Assembly (NCBI GenBank): GCA_963768055.1
Contig: CAVYGN010000001.1
Coordinates: forward strand, 1,088,001-1,152,000
Source: an uncultured Spirochaetota bacterium
GTDB lineage: Bacteria > Spirochaetota > Brevinematia > Brevinematales > JAOACQ01
DNA: 64,000 bases
Direction of reading: 5' to 3'
Every line of letters begins with the position of its first letter. The stretch's first letter is position 1. The notes below the pieces were generated by a model. That model did not search any database, was not told the origin of the DNA, and saw only the letters and a list, made by a program, of their open reading frames with translations. The position numbers were made by a program, and so were the translations under genes. This document shows positions 57,122 to 64,000 of this stretch, one piece after another.

Positions 57122-57922
57122 TCAGCGTTTCTTCATTTCTTCTTCAGAAACTAAGAACACATAGGGTTTATGCGAAAGCGGATTGTTCTCGACAATTACT
57201 ACTGTCTCGTATATTTCTTCTATTGTCCGGTAATTCAATATCTCCGACGGGGTTCCTGTATAACGGACAGTTCCGTTTTTTAATAGAATAATATCATCGC
57301 TGTACTCCGACGCCAGATTCAAATCATGCAGCACCATAATTATTGTCAGGCCGGTTTCACGATTATACCGGCGTATCAAATCCAGCATACCGACCTGGTG
57401 CTTGATATCAAGATGGGATGTAGGTTCGTCCATCAATAAAAGCGCAGGTTCCTGGTTCAGCGCTTTTGCAAACTGGGCCAACTGGCGTTCACCCCCGCTT
57501 ATAGAATCGAGAAGCTTATACCGGATATCTTTTATGCCCGCCAGTTCAATGTTTTTTTCAGTTTTATCAACATCTGTTCCGCTTTCAAAAAGCTGAAAAT
57601 CCTTATGATGCGGGATCCTTCCCATCATTACATAATCAAAAACCGGGATGGAAACCGTCTCGATATACTGGCTCACTACCGCTACTTTCCGCGAAAAGGC
57701 TTTTAACCCCATCTTCCAGATATCAATGCCTTCAAAATAAACTGTTCCGCTTTCGGGTTTTAAAAACCGGCTGATTGTCTTTAATAACGTAGTTTTTCCT
57801 GACCCGTTAGGCCCGATAAGGCCTGTTATTTTATGTTCACCAATGGAGAAATTTATATTTTTCAGCCTGAATTGACGGCCATAGCCGGCTGTAGCATTTT
57901 TTACTTCCAGCAGCATGCTCAT
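57122..57922 (-). CDS. btuD: Cobalamin ABC transporter ATP-binding protein
   Basis: GPNGSGKT, ISGGERQ, MDEPT, LHDLNLA; operon context. Confidence 0.85.
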   Translation of the reverse strand: MSMLLEVKNATAGYGRQFRLKNINFSIGEHKITGLIGPNGSGKTTLLKTISRFLKPESGTVYFEGIDIWKMGLKAFSRKVAVVSQYIETVSIPVFDYVMMGRIPHHKDFQLFESGTDVDKTEKNIELAGIKDIRYKLLDSISGGERQLAQFAKALNQEPALLLMDEPTSHLDIKHQVGMLDLIRRYNRETGLTIIMVLHDLNLASEYSDDIILLKNGTVRYTGTPSEILNYRTIEEIYETVVIVENNPLSHKPYVFLVSEEEMKKR

Positions 57923-58935
57923 ATCGCCGCCTTTCTTACGGAGAGCGTATAGATAAACAATAAACCTCCAAGCAAACCGGTAATTACACCGACAGGCAGT
58001 TCCTCCGGCGCAATGACCGTTCTTGAAATAGTGTCTGAAAGCACAAGAAAACCGCTTCCTCCGAGAAAAGAGGCTATCAGTAAAATCCTATGGTCCCTCC
58101 CCGCGATAAGCCTCATAAAATGCGGAATCAATAATCCGACAAAGCCAATGACGCCGGCGACGGATACACAAAACCCGGTTATAATGGAAGAGATTACAAA
58201 AAGAAAACGTTTGCTCCTCTCAATATTGATTCCAAGGTGCACTGCCTGTTCTTCCCCAAGCGATAGGGCGTTCAGATCTATCGCAAAAAAATAACTGAAA
58301 ATAAGGCTTAAACCTGATAATAATGCGGCAAGACGGATAAGTTCCCAATTATTTTGATCGAGAGAGCCCATCATCCAGAAGATGATCCTCTCCAGGCTTT
58401 CAGCTTTTGACAATGCCATTATGAGAAGCATTAACGATGAAGAAATAAAACTGAACATGACCCCGACAAGCAGAACGCTCTGAATCTGCATTGTATTACT
58501 CCTGACTGCAGCCAGGTATAAAAGCGTTATAACTAAAAGTGCTCCGATAAATCCGGATAACGGCAAACTGTAAATGCCGAGCTGGTGTACAATTCTCAGG
58601 CTGCCGAGAGAGACGCAAACAGCCACCCCCAGTACCGCGCCTCCGGATATCCCGATAGTGTATGGTTCGACTAAAGGATTCCTGAATAAACCCTGAAGGA
58701 TTACGCCGGCTAAACTTAATGCGCCGCCTACGGCCAATCCTAGCAATATCCGTGGAATACGGATATCCATAACAATGCTCCTGTCGATGGAATCTTTTAT
58801 TGAAAACAGGGCATGAATACTCCGTGTGAATGTCAATCCTGAAGGTCCGACACTGATAGATAAAAAAACGATGGCAATTAAAGCAATAATGAGAATACTA
58901 ATGATAAAAAAATTCTTAAACCATATGTTTTTCAT
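57919..58935 (-). CDS. btuC: Cobalamin ABC transporter permease (FecCD family)
   Basis: IRIPRIL, QGLFRNPL, IGFVGLLIPH, ELPVGVIT. Confidence 0.88.
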   Translation of the reverse strand: MKNIWFKNFFIISILIIALIAIVFLSISVGPSGLTFTRSIHALFSIKDSIDRSIVMDIRIPRILLGLAVGGALSLAGVILQGLFRNPLVEPYTIGISGGAVLGVAVCVSLGSLRIVHQLGIYSLPLSGFIGALLVITLLYLAAVRSNTMQIQSVLLVGVMFSFISSSLMLLIMALSKAESLERIIFWMMGSLDQNNWELIRLAALLSGLSLIFSYFFAIDLNALSLGEEQAVHLGINIERSKRFLFVISSIITGFCVSVAGVIGFVGLLIPHFMRLIAGRDHRILLIASFLGGSGFLVLSDTISRTVIAPEELPVGVITGLLGGLLFIYTLSVRKAAI

Positions 58936-59762
58936 TTGCTCCTCATTTCTTTAAATTCCGGGTGTATCATATGTACGATTTCATCCAGTGTTGTAGCAAA
59001 GGAGAGCGGGGTAGGACTGCAAAGATGGTATGAGTCTATTCTATAAACCGCGTTTTGCTTAACTGCCATGATAGATTTGAATTTTTGCCAGTAGTATTTT
59101 TCATTGTTATTATCCATATCCGATAAAATGATAATTTCAGGATCGTTTTTCATCACTTCTTCAAGGCTGTAAATTCCTGCCACGGAATTTTCAGCGATAT
59201 TGATACCTCCTCCGAAAATGATAAAGTCATTGATAAAGGAATTTTTACCGGCTGTAAAAAGCGGGTCGGACCCGATCTGGACAAAGACCCTTTTTTTAGT
59301 AAAGCGATCAACCGCTGATTTTATTTTTGATACCCTGCCCTGAACCATAAGGATCATATCTTTTGCGGTATTTTCCCGACCCAGCAAAACTGCAAGTCGC
59401 ATAAACTGGTCGCAAATCTCCTGAAAACTTTCAGGTTCTGAAAATACTTCCAATCTGATTTTCATATCTTTTATTTTTTCAAGTTTTCTTGGATCAGTTA
59501 TACTTGATGCCAGAAGCAGATCGGGGTTCATTTGAATTATTTTTTCTATACTGAAATCGATCAGATTGCCTATTTTTACTTTTTTCTTAGCGGCTTCGGG
59601 ATGAATACAATAAATAGTATCGGCTATCAGGTCGGAATCTTGTCCGAGTAAAAAAACCTCTTCGGTTAATATAGGGCTTAATGATATTATTCTGTGAAAG
59701 TTAGCCGGGAAAGCAGGCTGTAATATAAAAATTAAAAAGCAAATCAACGCATATCGCGACAT
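58932..59762 (-). CDS. btuF: Cobalamin-binding periplasmic protein
   Basis: RIISLSPILTE, YCIHPEAA, IEKIIQMNPDL, EEVMKNDPEII. Confidence 0.85.
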   Translation of the reverse strand: MSRYALICFLIFILQPAFPANFHRIISLSPILTEEVFLLGQDSDLIADTIYCIHPEAAKKKVKIGNLIDFSIEKIIQMNPDLLLASSITDPRKLEKIKDMKIRLEVFSEPESFQEICDQFMRLAVLLGRENTAKDMILMVQGRVSKIKSAVDRFTKKRVFVQIGSDPLFTAGKNSFINDFIIFGGGINIAENSVAGIYSLEEVMKNDPEIIILSDMDNNNEKYYWQKFKSIMAVKQNAVYRIDSYHLCSPTPLSFATTLDEIVHMIHPEFKEMRSK

Positions 59763-59869
59763 AAATTCTCGAAAAAAATATTTCTTATTTTCTAAGGGAG
59801 GATCGATAAAGAAAAGGAAACGGGAGGGTATTATCTTTTCTTTCCTTAGCCCGAGGAAAATAAGATTTT

Positions 59870-60030
59870 ATCATGCGGCAGGTCTCCTGACTCGGGATAA
59901 AATTGTCTCCTCGCCTTCCCGTTAAGAAATAACAGTGGTTTTGGAGAAAGTAATAATCCCTTACAGTGCCGGGTAGCGCTCTGGCCTTAAACCAGATTCC
60001 CTATTAAACCCATCCGGGTGCCGTTTGATA
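59870..60030 (-). ncRNA. Cobalamin riboswitch
   Basis: Minus strand AATAGGGAA-TCTGG..CCAGA..ACTGTAA..CCACTG..GGGAAGG..GAGTCAGGAGACCTGCC (B12 box) upstream of btuF; ends approximate. Confidence 0.93.
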
Positions 60031-60039
60031 ACTTGGAGA

Positions 60040-60068
60040 AGTATATTAATTTTATTAAAAAAAGTCAA
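60040..60068 (-). promoter_or_regulatory. Sigma70 promoter of the B12 operon
   Basis: TTGACT-17 nt-TATACT immediately 5' of the riboswitch. Confidence 0.75.
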
Positions 60069-60140
60069 AAAATAATAATCAATACGTTTTATTTGCAAAA
60101 GCTGCTATACAATGCTTCATCAAAAAAAAGCAAAGACCTT

Positions 60141-60160
60141 CATCTGTGTCATCTGGTTCC
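60141..60160 (-). repeat. Degenerate solo copy of the CACAGAT arm
   Basis: catctgtgtcatctggttcc resembles the right arm at 12909-12930. Confidence 0.5.
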
Positions 60161-60246
60161 GATGCTTTTAAGCATAAATTATTTTGATAAATAATTTTGC
60201 TTATTTTAAGATATAAGGATATATGTCTTTATAAATTCATCTTAAA

Positions 60247-62319
60247 ATGAGGTATGTTATGCCCTCAGCCAACAGCAAAGCGGATATATCCAGGATTGAT
60301 GAATTGATAAAAATAATATCCGAACATGATTATAATTATTATGTTCTGGATGCCCCTAAAATTGACGATTATCAATACGATTTACTCATGAAAGAACTTG
60401 AGAAATTGGAAAAAGAGCATCCGGAGCATATCAGGGAAGATTCTCCTACGCGAAGGGTGAGCGGCAAGGCAATTGAAAAATTCGAAAATTTCAAGCATCC
60501 CTTCAAAATGTTAAGTCTTAATAACGCTATGAACATCGGTGAATTTCATGATTTTTACGGCAGAGTCGTTAAAGAAATGGATGGAGATCCTCTCTTTAAG
60601 GCCCCGATAATTACCTGCGAGCATAAGTTCGATGGTCTGGCCATAGAACTGATATATGAGGAAGGCACTCTCGCCGCAGCTTCAACAAGGGGAAACGGCG
60701 AGGTTGGAGAACTTATCACAGCTAACGTTAAAACTATAAGAAGTGCGCCCTTAAGACTGAAAGGAAAATATCCGAGGTTCCTTGCTGTTTACGGAGAGGC
60801 GCTAATGTTTAAGAGCGATTTTGACAGGCTCAACCAGGAAAGAATGGAAAGCGGTGAACCCCTGTTTGCAAATCCCAGAAATGCTGCTGCCGGAAGCCTG
60901 CGCCAGCTTGATCCGGCTGTTAGTTCAAGGAGAAATCTAAAGTTTTATGCTTACGGGGCCAGGTCTTATCCGGCCGACAGGATTCTCGGGTCAATCGATT
61001 CCCATAACGAAAGATTAAATTATCTTATTGATATAGGTTTTCCGGTTAATGAATATTGTATTAAGACCGGACGTATTGATAATGTTATCGAATACCATAA
61101 TAAATGGGAAGAATCAAGGGGAATTCTTCCATATGATATAGACGGCATCGTTGCCAAAATCGATTCGATCGCTCTGCAGAACAGGCTTGGTTATGACGCC
61201 AGAAGCCCGAAATGGGCAATCGCATGGAAATTCAAACCGGCCTTTGCCAGTACAATACTGAGAAATGTGGAATTCAGTGTCGGGAGGCAGGGAACTATTA
61301 CTCCGACCGCTGGATTTGATCCGGTAACACTAGCCGGGGCGAAGATAAGCAGGGCTACACTTCATAATTTTGATGAGATTAAACGCCTGGATCTGAAGAT
61401 AGGGGATACGATAATAGTAGAAAGGTCGGGAGAAGTAATTCCGAAGGTCATATCCGTAGTAATGGAAAAAAGGACAGGCGCCGGCGTGCGTATCGCCCCC
61501 CCCGATAAATGCCCTGTTTGTTCTTCGAAGGTTGTAAAATACGGAGAAGAGGTCGCTCTTCGGTGTGTCAATCCGGAATGCCCGGCTTTAATAACCGGAA
61601 AATTAAGACATTTTGTTTCCAGGAATTGTTTTAATATCGAAGGACTTGGAGAAGAGAATATAAGCCGTTTTTTTGAATTGGGGTTTATAAAAAATTATGC
61701 GGATATTTTTCTTTTAAAGGAAAAAAGGGAAATACTGCTTAAACTTGATCGTTTCGGCGAAAAAAGCGTCGATAACCTGCTTAACTCTATAGAGATATCG
61801 AAGAATATAGAATATTGGCGTTTTATAAACGCCCTTGGTGTAGACTATGTAGGAGAAGAAAGCTCCAGGCTTTTAGCAGAAAAATTTTGTCCTCTTGATA
61901 TCTTAATGGATTCCAGTGAAGAATCCCTTATGACAGTGCAGGGAATAGGCGGAGTCATTGCTAAAAGCGTTTTCTCATATTTTAATGATAAAAGAAATAG
62001 GGGTATAATTCTGAATATCATCGATTCGGGAGTAGTAATAATATATCCTGCTACGATCCTGCCGATAAAAAATTCGATGATTACCGGTAAAAAATTCGTT
62101 TTTACAGGAAGAGCGGAAAGTTTTTCAAGAGAGAAATTAGCCCTGCTTGTAAGACAGTTCGGCGGGATAACCTCGGATTCCGTATCCAAGAATACAGATT
62201 ATCTTATCGCCGGAGAAAACCCCGGTTCGAAATTGGAAAAAGCCGTATCCCTTGGGATCAAGATATTGAATGAAAAAGAATTTCTTGACATGATAGGAAA
62301 ATTGGACGGGAACCACTGA
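60247..62319 (+). CDS. ligA: NAD-dependent DNA ligase
   Basis: EHKFDG adenylation motif, NPRNAAAGSLRQ, zinc finger, HhH repeats, BRCT (GENPGSKL). Confidence 0.98.
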   Translation: MRYVMPSANSKADISRIDELIKIISEHDYNYYVLDAPKIDDYQYDLLMKELEKLEKEHPEHIREDSPTRRVSGKAIEKFENFKHPFKMLSLNNAMNIGEFHDFYGRVVKEMDGDPLFKAPIITCEHKFDGLAIELIYEEGTLAAASTRGNGEVGELITANVKTIRSAPLRLKGKYPRFLAVYGEALMFKSDFDRLNQERMESGEPLFANPRNAAAGSLRQLDPAVSSRRNLKFYAYGARSYPADRILGSIDSHNERLNYLIDIGFPVNEYCIKTGRIDNVIEYHNKWEESRGILPYDIDGIVAKIDSIALQNRLGYDARSPKWAIAWKFKPAFASTILRNVEFSVGRQGTITPTAGFDPVTLAGAKISRATLHNFDEIKRLDLKIGDTIIVERSGEVIPKVISVVMEKRTGAGVRIAPPDKCPVCSSKVVKYGEEVALRCVNPECPALITGKLRHFVSRNCFNIEGLGEENISRFFELGFIKNYADIFLLKEKREILLKLDRFGEKSVDNLLNSIEISKNIEYWRFINALGVDYVGEESSRLLAEKFCPLDILMDSSEESLMTVQGIGGVIAKSVFSYFNDKRNRGIILNIIDSGVVIIYPATILPIKNSMITGKKFVFTGRAESFSREKLALLVRQFGGITSDSVSKNTDYLIAGENPGSKLEKAVSLGIKILNEKEFLDMIGKLDGNH

Positions 62320-62349
62320 TTAAGTCCAGGCAGTTCCGAAAAATAATTT

Positions 62350-62907
62350 ATGGAGGAATACGTGAAAATGGAAAATTTTTTATTTACAGGGGCATTCTGG
62401 GGGTTTTTACTTGTACTGGCCGGAATACTTGTTGTCCTGAACGGTTTATTTCATACGCAAATCCCCACATTCAGGATCGTTGTAGCCGTGGTCTTTGTGG
62501 CGGTCGGAATCATGATCTTAAACGGCGGTTTTAAAATGCGCGGTCATACGGATCAAAATTCTGTCATATTCGGATCGAGCACTATGTCCCCGCCTTCTGA
62601 AGTGAATAACGAATACAGTATTGTATTAGGAAGCGGCATAGTTCAACTTAAAAATATAAGCCTTGAAAAAGGGATTGTTAATATCAAGGTAAATACTGTT
62701 ATGGGCAGCGGGGTTGTCGAGTTGCCGTCAAACATGCCTGTAAAGATTTCAGCTAACGCCGTATTCGGCGATGTCCGGTTCCCCGACGGCTCTTTTACAT
62801 CATTCGGTCGTAATTTATATGAGTCTGATGGTCTGAAAACGGGAAGCAATTATCTTTATATCGACGCTAATGCGGTATTCGGAAGTTTGAGAATTATAAG
62901 GCAATAA
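62350..62907 (+). CDS. LiaF-like (DUF2154-type) membrane protein
   Basis: FWGFLLVLAG TM helices followed by xVFG/xVMG beta repeats; start may be GTG 62362. Confidence 0.7.
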   Translation: MEEYVKMENFLFTGAFWGFLLVLAGILVVLNGLFHTQIPTFRIVVAVVFVAVGIMILNGGFKMRGHTDQNSVIFGSSTMSPPSEVNNEYSIVLGSGIVQLKNISLEKGIVNIKVNTVMGSGVVELPSNMPVKISANAVFGDVRFPDGSFTSFGRNLYESDGLKTGSNYLYIDANAVFGSLRIIRQ

Positions 62908-62931
62908 ACATACTGTGGTGAAACCCTGACT

Positions 62932-63762
62932 TTAACCGATTGCAAGATACTTATCGATTCTTTCAAGGAGTTTCCTGTCCTCGTCGAAAATAAGGGCCTT
63001 AAGCTTGTCTGTCCCCAGATAAGTCCATAATCTGTATTGGTAAATACTTTGAATAACACTCTTCTGGATCAGCGAAACAAGTGAATCGTTCTTGCTGTAT
63101 ACGGCTTTAGCGTTCTTCTCGTCGCTCATATTCATAAGGACGCTTTCAGACCCGTCAACACAGACTGCAATATTGTCCCTTGGTATTTCATCCATTTTAA
63201 CGGCAAGGTCAAGTTTAAAAGAATATAAGGTTACACCCCTGGTTTCAAGACAATAATATGAAAAAATGTCGATATGAACTCCCTTTTGAAATTTTTCCTC
63301 AAGAGCTGCTATGAAATAATCAAGATTTTCCTGGTTCTGAATACTCATATATATATCTTTTTGAGCATTCCCGATCATTTTGACAGCTGAATTTATAATA
63401 TTTTTTTTACCTATTATATTCCAGAAATAATCGGTGTTGTCCTGTATAAGAAAATCACGGAGAGTTCCTGTAATGTTCGTTTTAGCTTCAGTGAAGTCGC
63501 TTTCGATATTTTTTAGAAATTCTTCTATTTCAACCGGAATATAAGTGTCGGGATTTGATTTTATTATTCTGGCGCCGCCCTTCTCAACCAGGCGGTTAAG
63601 CATTTCATATACGACAGGGCGCAATATTCCGCTGGTTTTCGAGAGCTGGTACCCTGTAATAGGATGATTTTCCAGAAGTGCGAGGTAAACTTTTGCTTCA
63701 TTGGGCGAGAGGCCTAATTTTTCAAAACTGCCGATAATATCAGATTGTTCGCTGATACCCAA
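62932..63762 (-). CDS. TrmB family transcriptional regulator
   Basis: LGLSPNEAKVYLALL..TGYQLSKTSGI.RPVVYEMLNRL; TTG start with AGGAGG. Confidence 0.9.
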   Translation of the reverse strand: MGISEQSDIIGSFEKLGLSPNEAKVYLALLENHPITGYQLSKTSGILRPVVYEMLNRLVEKGGARIIKSNPDTYIPVEIEEFLKNIESDFTEAKTNITGTLRDFLIQDNTDYFWNIIGKKNIINSAVKMIGNAQKDIYMSIQNQENLDYFIAALEEKFQKGVHIDIFSYYCLETRGVTLYSFKLDLAVKMDEIPRDNIAVCVDGSESVLMNMSDEKNAKAVYSKNDSLVSLIQKSVIQSIYQYRLWTYLGTDKLKALIFDEDRKLLERIDKYLAIG

Positions 63763-63775
63763 GCCAACCTCCTTG

Positions 63776-64000
63776 TTAGTATTGATAAAATCCGGCTCCT
63801 TTACCGATCATATTCATTGTTTCGGAATCGACATTGAATATGATCTTGTCGGATTTAAATTTCGACTTTTTTGCATCGACTAAATAAGGGTTACCTGTAA
63901 GCAGTATCTTTTTAATATGCATAAAATATTCGCCCCAATATGAGTAAGCCTTTTTATTGTTCTGTATAATAACTACATCCCCAATAAGGTTCGCTTTTTC
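63776..64000 (-). CDS. C-terminus of an LptA/OstA-like beta-jellyroll protein (partial; absent from ORF track)
   Basis: Manual translation EKANLIGDVVIIQNNKKAYSYWGEY..KILLTGNPYLV..FKSDKIIFNVDSETMNMIG..*. Confidence 0.65.
   Translation of the reverse strand, partial: EKANLIGDVVIIQNNKKAYSYWGEYFMHIKKILLTGNPYLVDAKKSKFKSDKIIFNVDSETMNMIGKGAGFYQY

Overview
Bacterial chromosomal segment from a diderm organism (TonB-dependent receptor, LptA-like gene, outer-membrane barrels). A Spirochaetota origin is inferred, not proven, from spirochaete-style lipoboxes and the cNMP-TPR/Crp pair. The housekeeping backbone is mfd, ileS, xerD-uvrB, grpE-dnaK-dnaJ, mrdA, priA, ligA and four tRNAs (Asp, Met, fMet, Glu). 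Accessory modules are: a GT-C::DUF2141 fusion with sugar ABC permeases and a GH3; an AT-rich Septu-like AAA ATPase + HNH cassette; a LolCDE-like ABC / LolA-like / beta-barrel operon; a membrane class III cyclase operon with a beta-propeller protein and an outer-membrane protein; and a cobalamin-riboswitch-controlled btuFCDB-cobU-cobS-cbiR-cobT salvage/remodelling operon. The most striking unexplained structure is that the defence cassette is bounded by inverted arms made of tandem CACAGAT units, with no transposase or integrase inside or next to it. Arms of the same architecture (7-8 nt tandem units, several sequence families) also occur elsewhere as an apparently empty palindrome and as solo half-sites. 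Also seen: two copies of a MITE-like element, a T7-tract frameshift in a surface-protein gene, a chimeric NmrA/permease relic, and two real ORFs at the window edges that the ORF track missed. All family assignments come from motif recognition by eye; no database search was run.
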